From Octopus bimaculoides (Eukaryota): a stretch of 64,000 bases of DNA. Made by a program: the position numbers and the translations under genes. The notes beneath the pieces are model-generated. The model had not been told where the DNA came from and did no database searches. It was given only the letters and a program-made list of their open reading frames with translations. Where the stretch lies: assembly GCF_001194135.2 (NCBI RefSeq), contig NC_068989.1, positions 10,451,761-10,515,760 of the forward strand. The letters run 5' to 3'. Shown here piece after piece: positions 1 through 12,375 of this stretch. Each line of letters begins with the position of its first letter. Positions within the stretch are counted from its first letter, which is position 1.

Positions 1-425
1 TTCCATCTACCAAATTCACTCACAAGGCTTTGGTCGGCCCGAGGCTGTAGAAGACACTTGTCTAAGGTGCCACACAGTGGGACTGAACCTGGAATCACAT
101 GAACTGTTAACATCTTCATTATGGCCTCACCACTGGCCTTGGTGAAAAGAAATCTTTCAGCTCATCATCATCATCATGTTTTCCATACTCTAGCCTGTCA
201 GTACCTGGTATAAAGCCACCTTCCCTTTCCTGATACTCCCTTCCCCTATTTAGTCACAGGGATTCCTTTCCTTTCTATTGTTCTTTCTCTGTCTTGTTTG
301 GAAACCTCACTAATGGACAGTTGTATAAGTTGGACAGTTTCATAGGATTCAGTGAGCTGCCGGGAAGCACCAAGCCCCAGTGTCACCTTTGGCATGGTTT
401 CTATGGCTGGATGCCCTTTTAGTTT

Positions 426-2289
426 TCATATTTTCCAGTGGTGTTCTCTGCCTATTATTTTAACTTCATCCCACATGTGGAGGTGGTCTCCATTTTTCCA
501 TACATGATCGGCTATACCTGATTTATCAATATCTCCTCGTGTCACAGCTTTGTGATGTTCCTCTACCCTTATTTTGAGGGGGCGACATGTTTCACCTTTG
601 TATAACCTACCACAGCTGCATGGGATGGAGTACACGCAATTCTTGGTCATATTCTCTTCTATTCGAAGGAGATATTTGTGAAGCATTGTATTACTTTTGA
701 ATACTGTCCTGATGTCATATGGGCTGCATATCTTTTGTATCTTTTCGGAGAGGCCTTTCACATAGGGTAGACAGACTGTGGACAATTTATTGGTTTCCTC
801 CTATCTTTTTTCATAACTGGAGTGGAGAGTATGTTTTTGGGGTAGTTGTTGCTTAATAGATTGTTACTGAGCTTGATCATTTCTTTGTGGTGGGTATTAC
901 GATCACTACTTATATTCATTGCTCGATGTTTCAGGCTCTGAGCAATCCCTCTCTTTACACTGTATGGATGGTGGGAGTTGAAGTTGAGGTATCATCCAGT
1001 GAAAGTCGGCTTGCGGTATATGGATGAACTGAATCCATACTTGGTGGGTGTGTTATTAATATGTCCAGGAATGCTAGCTGATTGTCTTTTTCTTTTTCCA
1101 TTGTGAACTGTATGGATGGCTTTATTGAGTTCACATGATCTAACAGCACATGGACATCTTCCTGGTGGGGCCAGAGTATAAAGATGTCATCAACATATCG
1201 CAGCCATAGGATTGGTTTTAGTGGTGTTGATCCTAAAGCCAAATTCTCAAAATATTCCATGTATATATTGGTTATTACCGGTGATAATGGCAAACCCATA
1301 GCTAAACCCTCCTCTAGTCGATATATATCAGTGTCCATACTAAAGTAGGTAGTTTCTACACAGAAGATCAACGTTACCATCAAGTTTCTTATTGGTATAC
1401 TAGTGTGTTCTTTTAGATGGGTGTCTGTCACTAGTTTTTCTTGAATCACCGATAGTGCTTCACCAGTTGGGACTTTGGTGAACAGACTTATCACATCTAG
1501 ACTCACCATCTGGTTGGATTCAATGGGGGTATCCATGATCAATTCTGTGAAGCAGATGGAATTCTTCACATACGATGTTGACTTTCCTGCAAATGGACTG
1601 ATTATATCCACAAGGAAGCGGCTCAGTGGACGACATGCTGAACCTCTACAGCTCACTATAGGTCTTAGTGGAATACCTTCCTTGTGAATCTTAGGGAGAC
1701 CGTACATGTGTGGTAGTTTACTGTAGTGTTGAGTCAGTTGTCTGTACTTCATTGGTGTAAAGTGATCCTTGCTCTCGATCAAGATCTGTGACAACTTCCT
1801 CTGTTTTCTTTACTTTGCTGTAGCTACCATTACTTATAAGACTTGCCAGTGTTCATCACCGCTATAGCATTTCCCTTGTCTGCTGGAAGTATTACGATGG
1901 AATTGTCACTCTGTAGTCTTTTCATAGCAAACGTTTCTTCCTTAGTGATGTTTGGTTTGAGAAGTTTCGCTTTTTCTAGTACCTGTCTCACTTTCCACGT
2001 TAGTTTATCTCCTTGAGCTTTTGGTATCTTTATGGCTATCTCTTCAATAGGGGCTATTACGTCCAAGTATGGAATGCGCTTGGTGTTCTCACTACATAAA
2101 TAAATGAAGCTTGTACGAAACGTACGTACTGCTATAACCTAATACATTTTTGTTGCTTTCCTTCAAATTTAATTCACCAAATCTCTTGATTTTATTTTTG
2201 GATTTTACCCTACCAAATTCTGGTGCCACAAACATTTTAAGTACCACATTTAATCTTTTGATTAAATCTATATTATTATTCAAATACAT
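426..2289 (-). mobile_element. Decayed Penelope-like retroelement (RT + GIY-YIG endonuclease), broken by stops/frameshifts
   Basis: ORF 955-1794 has PLE-type RT motifs (MYGLPKIHKEGIPLRPIVS, AMGLPLSPVITNIYME, WLRYVDDIFILW). ORF 426-785 has a GIY-YIG-like segment (NCVYSIPCSCGRLYKGETCRPLKIRVEEH). ORF 1830-2066 has the pre-RT ILPADKGN motif. Confidence 0.93.
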
Positions 2290-5200
2290 ATATATGTATA
2301 TTTACATATATATATACATATATATACACATATATATACATATGTATGTGTCAAGGCCGACAGGAAGCGGTGCAGCTTCCTAGGTCTAAACAACANNNNN
2401 NNNNNNNNNNNNNNNNNNNNNNNNNNNNNNNNNNNNNNNNNNNNNNNNNNNNNNNNNNNNNNNNNNNNNNNNNNNNNNNNNNNNNNNNNNNNNNNACCAC
2501 CTGTCCTCGTCTGTTGTTATTTTTTCGTATATTCTCCCACATATATATATATATACATACATACACATACAAACATATACATACATACATATACACACAT
2601 ATATATATATACATAAATATGTGTGCGTGTGTTGAGCGTCGATGTACACCCACACAAAACGCGGAGAATGAAAGAAAGAACAACGAGCTAATATTTCCCA
2701 TAAGAAAAGTTGATGGAACGATACAAGTTTTCAGTTCGCATTCAAACCAATCCTACTGGAAAAGAGACATGAAATTCAAATTACCCATTCTCATGCTATC
2801 TTATACACAACCCTTTCCTTCGTTGCCACTGTTCAAGACGTTTTCTGTTGTAAAGCCAAAACTGCGTTATCGCTATGACCATCAGATTTATTACACGTAT
2901 ACCAGACAGAAAAATCAAACCACCGTAAAAGAGAAAAAAAAAAAACAGTATACAGTTAAATAGATAATTATTGGTTATGCCAGTGAAAACAGGGAGAGGT
3001 ATTATCTAAATGGTTTCCGTCGAATGTAGCACTAGACGTAACAAGTACCTACATATGGTCTGTGTGTGTGTGTGTGTGTGTGTGCGCGTGCTTTTTTTTT
3101 TCTTTTTCTTTTTTGATAATTTCAAAACACGTTGGTCTTCAGTTGTCATCGACAGTGATTTCTGCAATCAATGTTTTCATCCGTCTTTTCTGTTTCTTTT
3201 TTTTTTTTTTTTTTTTCAAATATCTTTTGTATACGAGGAAGAGTTAAGATTTTTTTTTTTTTTTGGAATAAATAAAATATAATATATAAACAAGAGACTT
3301 AGATTTATTTATTCCATTTGTTAAAAGATTTGCAAAGGGAATATTAGGGGAGAAGAGAGAGGAATTGGAAATTATCCGTTTTTTGTTTATTTATTTTTTT
3401 AAAGAATATGCGACACCTTTTCTTTACGTGTTTCGTTGAAAGTATTTAAAAGAATGGAAAATAACAATAAAAATAATCATAAGTAAAAAGAAAATAGACC
3501 AAAAAAATCCATATAAGGATTAATTTGCTGTTTTACTAAGGTCTATCGTCATCAGTTTCAATAGCAACAAAATAAAAGTGGCGATAATAACAAAACAAAA
3601 ATAAAGAAATAAAGAAAAGCTAATTAATAAGAGAGAGAACTCCAAATTAAATGTTTAATAGTATTTAGTCTTAGCCATCTAAGTTTGGAGTTGAAGTCAT
3701 ACCAAGGGTGATTTTTCACATTTTATGACTCTACGCGGTCGCTTAATCAGCTGGAAATAACAGCCAAATCTCTATCACATCACACCGTGCTTTCTTTAAA
3801 GAATGATGGACTGGATAATGTAGTCTAGGGTATATGCACAACACCTGAAAAACGATCTCACGGCCATGGTTAGAAATGCTTTCATCATGGGTGGACTCCA
3901 GGAAGGACGATCTAAGGCTAATAAAAAAAAAATTACGAGTAATATACAAGATTCCTTTCAACGGATATCACCGTCACACTTACGAAACACAGAGCACATG
4001 TCAAGCTAAACGGAATTAAGGAATCTGTATAATAAATAATATCTTTTGACAAAGTTCAAAGCCAATTTATTTGAATGAAGTTGGGGAAAAGACGACCAAC
4101 TGAAAATATAAAATGTATTTCTGTTTCTTGTTTTATCGACCCAGCAGGAATGAAATGTAAAGTTTGATCCTTGCAGAAATTGATTTAAGCAGTCATGTAC
4201 CAAAGACTAAACAATAACAAAATATTAGCGAAATATAACGTACGTAAACACGTATATATATATATATATATGCGTGTGTGTGTGTGTGTGTAACTGGTTG
4301 TGATAAAAAAAAAGAAAATAAACATATATATAATTAAGTATATGAACGACAAATAAATGAAAGGTAATATTGTGACAGATGAAGAGAAGCATAAACATTT
4401 GAATATAAATTGGTAAGGAATGGTGAAGGAATGTCTCCATCTAAATGAAAAAAATATATATATTCAAAGAACTACTTACGGTGAATCCTAAAATCATGAT
4501 GATGGCAAAGATTATAAGAAAAGCGACGAGAAAATAGCGAAAGAGACATTGTCGGACCACTGGGAACATGTTTGGACGTTTCTGCTGTTTCTATTTGAGG
4601 ACCATCAAGTTTCAGCTGGTTTGCGATAGCCGGTGTCATGTAAAATAATGAAACCAGGTATTAAATTTCCACGTGACCCTGCACTGGAACCAATACTTTA
4701 TTTTCTTATTCTTTTTTTTTTTTTTTTGACGAAAACTCACACAGCTTGGGAAATAATTGAGTTTTACATTGTATCTACATGGGAGAAGTAAACAAGTTGT
4801 GATGCTTTCACTTTTACCATAAAAGACGCAATTTTTTTCAATGCTAGCCGTATTATTTTCAGGGAGACGGGTTTCAGTACTTTTTGGTTAACCTCGGACG
4901 GGAGGGACCTGCGCGGGTTAAATGTGAGCAAGTGGTTCTGTATTTGATATCAATGCACACTGCTATCTTTTATTTTTTTACTTGTTTCAGTCATTGCACC
5001 TTAGCTAGGCTGATGCACTGCCCTGAATGAGTGAGACTCAATATATAAATTTGTTTAAAAAAATCTGGTGCTTATTCTAGTGATCTTCTAGGTTGCGGGA
5101 ACGTCAGCAAGGGATGGTAGGGAGGCGGACAAGCACAAATACACACACACAGCTATATGAGCTTCCACACAGTTTCCGTCTACCAAATTCACTCACAAAG

Positions 5201-5609
5201 CATTAGTCAGCCCAGGACTGCAATGATGCTGAAGTACAGTCTTGAAGAATTTTGTAGTTGAATGAATCAACTCCAGAACATACTTTTTAAGCTTGGCATT
5301 TATTCTACCAATCTCTAATGCCACATCACTAAGTTATGGGGACATAAACAAACCAATACTGGTTGACAAATGGTGGTGGTGATGGGGGGACAAACACATA
5401 CATACATACATATCCACTTACAAGGCTTTGTTTGGCCTGGGGCTATAATAGAAGACTGATCATAGAACTGTGATTGGGAAGTAAGCTTCTTACTTCACTA
5501 GTAGCATAGGGGCCAGTGGGGTGGTCCACTCTGGGCAACGTCTTGGCACTTCAAGCATATTAAGTCAGGTCGTTTTTGCCGTTGCTCCCTTCACATAATT
5601 GTATACATA

Positions 5610-6003
5610 TACTCTTTTACTTGTTTCAGTCATTTGACTGCGGCCATGCTGGAGCACCACCTTTTAGTCGAGCAAATCGACCCCGGGACTCATTCTTTGT
5701 AAGCCTAGTACTTATTCTATCGGTCTCTTTTTGCCAAACCGCTAAGTGACGGGGACGTAAACACACCAGCATCGGTTGTCAAGCAATGCTTGGGGGACAA
5801 ATACAGACACAAAAAAACACACACACACATACATATATATACGATGGGCTTCTTTCAGTTTCCGCCTACCAAATCCACTCACAAGGCTCTGGTCGGCCCA
5901 AGGCTGTAGTAGGAGACAATTGCCCAAGATGCCACGCAGTGGGACTGAACCCGGAACCATGTGGTTGGTAAGCAAGCTACTTACCACATAGCCACTCCTG
6001 CAC
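5610..6003 (-). mobile_element. tRNA-derived SINE, family B, full length
   Basis: Minus strand shows a tRNA-like head (GGAGTGGCTATGTGGTAAG...GGTTCAGTCCCACTGCGTGGC), an internal TA/TG microsatellite and a tail ending GACTGAAACAAGTAAAAGAGT. Near-identical to copies at 17632, 25510 and 40970. Confidence 0.85.
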
Positions 6004-6037
6004 CATAATAATAATATGTATATATATTATATATACC

Positions 6038-6244
6038 GGAGTAAGCACATGAAATGTGCAACAAGGTGGAAAAAAGAGTACTCAAATACCAGAGGTAGAG
6101 TAATATGCTTTATTTAAAAGCAGCAGAAATATAACAAAAAAACCGTTACTCTGAGTTTCACGTTCCCATTCATCGGAACGGGAACGTGAAACTCAGAGTA
6201 ACGTTTTTTTTGTTATATTTCTGCTGCTTTTAAATAAAGTATAT
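6038..6244. repeat. Fold-back of a probable Penelope pseudo-LTR fragment
   Basis: Near-perfect inverted arms 6104-6167 and 6180-6244. The flank 6038-6110 recurs in reverse complement at ~12437-12512. PLE origin is inferred from the hammerhead-like core. Confidence 0.65.
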
Positions 6245-6261
6245 ATTATATATATATGGCA

Positions 6262-6398
6262 TTAGGAAGGGCATCCAGCTGTAGAAACTCTGCCAAATTA
6301 GATTGGAGCCTGGTGTTGCCATCCAGTTTCACCAGTCCTCAGTCAAATCGTCCAACCCATGCTAGCAATGAAGGCGGACGTTAAACGATGATGATGAT
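6262..6398 (+). mobile_element. RTE-type LINE 3' tail (family C) ending in (GAT)n
   Basis: GGCATTAGGAAGGGCATCCAGCTGTAGAAACTCTGCC...GCGGACGTTAAACGATGATGATGAT, shared with many other copies in the window. Confidence 0.7.
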
Positions 6399-8247
6399 AT
6401 ATTATATGATAAGCTTCTACAAAATCCACTCAAGAGGCTTTGGTCAGCCCAAGGCTATAGTGGAAGACAGTGGTAGTTGGACTGAATCTGGAAACAAACT
6501 CCTTGCCACACAGCCATGCCTGTGCCTACGAAGAAAGATTTTGCTGCTGAAATTTGTCAGTCTCTTCAGTTACAACAGTTTTACTCATATCCCCTCTGGA
6601 ATTATATTCCTAATCTTTAACACCCCATAGTTATATTATACTTCATTAAGATTAAGGTAGCAAGCTGGCAGAAACGTTAGGATTCTGGATGAAATGCTTA
6701 GCGGTATTTCATGTGTCTTTACGTTCTGAGTTCAAATTCACCTCACCAAAAAATTTCAGGCCTTGTGCCTAGAGTAGGAAAGAATAATGAGTAAAGATTG
6801 ATACTAGATTTCATAAGTCTTTTCTTCAATGCCTCACAGGATTTTTTATTTCAGCCTTTTTTGGTTGCCCTTACAGTCTGCACAAATTCCATTTCTGATG
6901 TAATATTTCCAAAGTTGTTCAAATTAAATTGTCACAGGATACCAGCAACATATTGTTTTTGTCTCGTAACATGATGAGACTTTAAAATTCTATTATTTGT
7001 TGTAATTCACAAAACACTGCATAAACCTTCATGTGGGGAGCTAATTATTTCATAATGATCTTTTAGATATGCTTTAATGTATAGTTTATTTGGAGTTATA
7101 GTTAATTACTAAATGGAGTAATAGACATGGTGGTATTAACATGGCATTAATAATAGCAAATAAATCTGGTACACTTAATGTCAAATTAAATCAGTTGATA
7201 AAGGCAACAGGTTTTAATATGTGTGTGTATGTACATACACATACATACATATTAGGTTGTCAGATAAATTTGTTTTGTTTCTGTACCCAAACCATTTGTT
7301 TTAACCCTTACCAACGTTATTTTTAAAATATTTTTATCATAGTGTCTTATGTTTTCTTTTATAGCCCTATTCTTCATCAATAACTTTTATTCATTGTTTT
7401 TGAAATTTACTGTACTTATTTGTGAATTTTGTTTGTCTCAGTCTTGTTATTTTGAATTGTCCTTCATTCTAGTAAAATAAAAAGTGTTTGTGGATTCATA
7501 GATTGTTGAGATTACATACACTGTTGCTACTGGTTGTTTTTCTTCTGAGACAGTCTTATTAAGCTTAGATAGCACCTTAGATAATGCTTAGATATCAGTG
7601 TTTAGTTTTGGGAAGTTCTGTATATATATATATATATATGAAGGAATATTCCAAGTGGCTTTCCGTTTTCCTATGTGTTCGTTCCGTTGTCTGTAGTTCA
7701 TTGTTCTAACATCCTGTACCCTGATATGCATATATATACACATGTAGATGTATGTACATATATGTGTGTATACATGTATATATATTCTTTGTATTATAGA
7801 TATATATATGAAAATGTTTTTTTGTAATTCTTCCTTTCTACTTGGAGAGTTTAAATGTAGCTATAAAAATATGTCCATCTGTTGAAATGTAATTTCAGTA
7901 AATTTCTATATTTTTGTGCAGCTGAGGATTGCTCTGCATTTTACATTTGATGTAATGTTCACATTGCTTAAATAAATGGAGTTGCATGAAACGATCATAC
8001 TGCATTGACTTTGAATATCCTTGTTGCTTATTTTGATATATATATATATATNNNNNNNNNNNNNNNNNNNNNNNNNNNNNNNNNNNNNNNNNNNNNNNNN
8101 NNNNNNNNNNNNNNNNNNNNNNNNNNNNNNNNNNNNNNNNNNNNNNNNNNNNNNNNNNNNNNNNNNNNNNNNNNNNNNNNNNNNNNNNNNNNNNNNNNNN
8201 NNNNNNNNNNNNNNNNNNNNNNNNNNNNNNNNNNNNNNNNNNNNNNN

Positions 8248-8280
<33 letters not shown>

Positions 8281-8282
<2 letters not shown>

Positions 8283-8890
8283 CTGTGTGGTGGTAAAAAG
8301 CTTCCTGACCACATGGTTCTGGGTTTAGTCCCACTGCATGGCACCTTGGGTAAGTGTCTTCTATTATAGCCTCAGGCCAACCAAAGCATTGAGTGGATTT
8401 GGTAGACAGTAGCCTATTGTGTGTGTGTGCATGCGTGTGTGTGTCCTTCTGTCTGTATTTGTTCCCCCCCATCACTGGTTGACAACTGGTGTTGGTGAGT
8501 TTACATCCCCATAACTTACTGGTTTGACAAGAGAGACCTATAGAAGGCGGCGAGCTGGCAGAAACGTTAGCATGCCGGATGAAATGCTTAGCGGTATTTC
8601 GTCTGCCATTACGTTCTGAGTTCAAATTCCGCTGAGGTCGACTTTGCCTTTCATCCTTTCAGGGTCGATAAATTATGCACTGGGGTCGATGTAATCAACT
8701 TAATCCCTTTGTCTATCCTTGTTTGTCCCCTCTATGTTTAGCCCCTTGTGGGCAATAAAGAAATAAGAGAGACATATAGAATAAGTTCTAGGCTTATGAA
8801 ATAAGTCCTGGTGTCAATTTGTTCACCTAAAACCCTTCTAGATGGTGCTCCAGCATAGGCACAGTCAACTGACTGAAACAAGTAAAATAT
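8281..8890 (+). mobile_element. Family B SINE interrupted by a family A SINE (8545-8766)
   Basis: Family B head and tail are separated by a GGCGGCGAGCTGGCAGAAACG... element flanked by a 14-bp imperfect duplication (GAGAGACCTATAGA / GAGAGACATATAGA). Confidence 0.8.
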
Positions 8891-9015
8891 TAAAAGAATA
8901 GATATATATATGTGTGTGAGTGTGTGTGTGTGTGTATTTGAAATGAATACAAGTTAATGATATTTCAAACTGTTCGTTACAAACATTTCAATAATATTTT
9001 GAAGATCTTCATTTT

Positions 9016-9117
9016 TCACCACCACCACCACCACTGCCGCCGCCGCCGCCACCACCACCACTGCCATCATTCTCACTATCATCACCGTCATCATCATCAT
9101 CATCATCATCATCATCT
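9016..9117. repeat. Compound (CAC/CGC/CAT)n trinucleotide microsatellite
   Basis: Visible directly in the sequence. Confidence 0.9.
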
Positions 9118-9358
9118 GATCTATACAGTATAATTGAAACGTATGCAATGAATTGTTTTGAAATAACCATCAACTTGTTTTCACTCTTCATTTCAACTAT
9201 GTGTGGCTATGTATCACGCTATAACCCGATTCTTTTTTTTTTAATGCTATTTTAACATAGTATTTAACATGGCATCTATACTGAGCCCCATTCGTATAGT
9301 AACTCACATATTTTGACACTTTACTGTGTATATGGGTGTATGTATGTATTTGTATATA

Positions 9359-9680
9359 CAGGTACAACGCAGAATTTCCGGAGACTGATGGTCCAGAACC
9401 TCTTATAATCTACACTAATTTTCAAACGAGAACTTCAAATTCCAGTGGCTGCCAGACTATTTTACTAGTAGGTTGCACAAACTAGTACCTTGCACATTAC
9501 AGTATTAATAAACTTGCATAATCTATACCATTGTACTATTGTATCTGTATTTCATTTAATTATTTAAGCAAACTTAATATTTGTTTAATTTAGAATGTTA
9601 GCCAGGGTGACCACCACTGGCTAACAGTAATCCAGAAAGGCTTTGGACCCTAAGGTTCCAGAAAATTCATGTTGTACCTG
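9359..9680. mobile_element. Tc1/mariner (Tigger/pogo-like) MITE with TA target duplication
   Basis: TA|CAGGTACAACGCAGAATTTCCGGA ... TCCAGAAAATTCATGTTGTACCTG|TA. TIR is 10 bp perfect and extends imperfectly to about 24 bp. No coding capacity. Confidence 0.75.
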
Positions 9681-9757
9681 TATGTGTATTTATGTGTACA
9701 TGTGTGTAAACATATATACCTATATGTGTTTGTGTGTGTATGCACGCACGTGCACAG

Positions 9758-9805
<48 letters not shown>

Positions 9806-11081
9806 CAGTGAGTTTGTAGGGATATATTATCTATTATCCAGGTGAATACCATGTTAGCTCTCTGTTTTGGTTCCAGATGCTGGCTCACCACAACGGTCAG
9901 TATCCAATACTAGTGCTTACAGTGAGTTGTTAGTCACTGGTAAATTCTCCAGTTGAGTAATTCTGTGTGTCCTACTCAGGACTGTGAAGGTTCCCTAGAG
10001 CAGTGCTTCTCAAACTATCTGATGTTGCGTACCGGTAGTTTTTTTCCAATGTGCCAGGGACCAGTAATATTTCTTAGTAATATTAACCTTCCCAACAACA
10101 CAGAAATCCATTGAAATATGTCACTACACAATTTGAAAGAACGATTTTCTTTCTTAAAAAATTACTCATGTGTTTACAATAGAATTATGTGTAATGTTTG
10201 TAGATATTTGTGACTAATCCCTGCAGTTTATTACTTTGTAGTACAGGATCTGAAAATGACAGGTTGTTGACTTATCATTTTTTAATATTTTCTTCTCTAC
10301 AGGACATTTTAAAAATGTTTAACACTTTCATAGGTTTTACATGCAGTTCATGGATTAAAAATTCTTTCTACTATAGGCACAAGGTCTGAAATTCTTTCTG
10401 TTGGGATTCGTGAATTGATTACATCAATCCCAGTTCTTGACTGGTTACCAGCCCTCAAAAGGATGAAAGGAAAAGTCGACCGTGGAATTCTAACGCAGAA
10501 AAGTAAAGCTTGAAGAAATACTGCTAAACATTTAGTCCAACTTGCTAATGATTCCGCCAATGAACCACTTTTGAATTATGGGTTTAATAATAAAAAGTGA
10601 AGGCTTTTTTCTTAAATTTATTTCCTGTAGAAATTAGAATTTTGAGTACTCCAAATTTAAAGTATATATTTAATATTTTACTGAATTTAATCAAATGTCT
10701 TGCATAGTTGTATTTCAATCACTTAAACTTCCATTTCACTAGCTTGTATCAAGGCTTTTGACCTTATATTGTGAACATTCAATGAAGTTAGTTAACTGTG
10801 GAATTTCATTCAATTAGCCACTTGAGATATATTCGAATGATGATCTATTTTCAGAATTTTATGAAATTCTTTAAATTAAAAAAAAAAATTAGTTGGCATT
10901 GTTATGTTGCTTTTCCAGAATTACTCGACATTTCCAAAGGAAGCAAAATAAATCAAAATAAAATAAATCTGAAATATATATATATTTATCATAAAAAAAA
11001 TATTCAAGTTCATCTTTTATTCATGAAATACAATTTTCATGTATAAATTTGAGACAGTTTAGATGTTTTCACACAAGGATA

Positions 11082-11856
11082 TTATAATTGTATTTGCAAA
11101 ATATTTTCCACTTGATTCAGTGAGTTACTTTTTTTTATTAATGAAAACCATGACCTCCAGAATCTCCTGCATCTCTTCTGGACAGTCTCCTTGTTTAAGT
11201 TGGTGACTGCTGCCATAATCCTTGCATTCAGTTCATCTTTGGTTTTACAAGGAGTTTTGTTGGTCTCTCGTTCAACTGCACCCCACACATAATAATCAAG
11301 AGGATTGCAGACTGGGGAGTTAGGTGGCCAGATATTAGGATTGATGTAGTTGCAGAAATTGTCTGAGAGCCATGACTGGGTTCTCCTGCTTGTGTGACAT
11401 GGTGCAGAGTCCTGTTTCCAGACGTAGGGTCTTCCAGCAGCCAACGTCTTGACCCAGGGCAGGACTATCTCCTGCAGGCGCTTGATGTAGGCCTCTGTGT
11501 TGAGTCTTAGGCCATGTGGGAAGATGAATGGAGGCATAATGTCACCATCACTAGAAATCACTCCAAACACCATGATGTTGACCGGATGTTTGATTTTTAT
11601 CACTCTCGGTACATGTCCTCAGATTGACACCCAAACACTCTGAAATGTTTGTATTGGAGCTTCCGGTGCAAATGCCAAGCAGTACAGCATGTCGTTTCCA
11701 AATTTCTGGCAGAGTGAAATGTGTCATAATGCTGTTTTTCTCACAGATGGTGTCCAACTGACCCTATTATTTTGTAGTTGACAAAATCAAAAACAAACAA
11801 TGTGCACGTGTGAAATTAAAAATATAAAATGGCGACAATTTACCCACTGCACCCTG
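11082..11856 (-). mobile_element. Tc1/mariner transposase remnant, DD37D (maT) type, internally deleted
   Basis: ORF 11082-11603 contains VMVFG-like IMVFGVISSDG, WKQDSAPCH and WPPNSPVCNPLDYYVW, with 37 residues between the second and third Asp. An N-terminal fragment lies at 11551-11757 and a CAGGGTG-type terminus near 11856. Confidence 0.88.
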
Positions 11857-11979
11857 ATTATATAGACTGGGCATAACTATCTTTATCTATTTACTCTACC
11901 GCTCTATAACTTAGTGTGTGTTTCTCTTTCACATTTATGATTTACTGACTATATATATATATATAAATCATCATCATCA

Positions 11980-12375
11980 TCATCATCGTTTAACGTCCGC
12001 TTTCCATGCTAGCATGGGTTGGACGATTTGACTGAGGACTGGTGAAACCGGATGGCAACACCAGGCTCCAGTCTGATTTGGCAGAGTTTCTACAGCTGGA
12101 TGCCCTTCCTAACGCCAACCACTCAGAGAGTGTAGTGGGTGCTTTTACGTGTCACCCGCACGAAAACGGCCACGCTCGAAATGGTGTCTTTTATGTGCCA
12201 CCCGCACAAGCCAGTCCAGGGGCACTGGCAACGATCTCGCTCGAAAATCCTACAGGAGCCAGTCAGGCGGTACTGGCAACGGCCACGCTCAAAATGGTGC
12301 ATCTCATGTGCCACCCGCACAAGAACCAGTCCAGGGGCACTGGCAACGATCTTACTTGGCTTGCCGGGTCTTCTC
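11980..12375 (-). mobile_element. RTE-type LINE 3' region (family C) with internal tandem subrepeats
   Basis: (CAT)n tail at 11968-11990, family C core, then repeated GTGCCACCCGCACAAG...GGCACTGGCAACG blocks. Confidence 0.7.

Noticed and set aside
8954-9191. Poly-Met/Asp/Gly ORFs (likewise poly-Tyr/Asn/Leu at 39668-39993)
   Set aside because: Trinucleotide microsatellites without splice or domain support.
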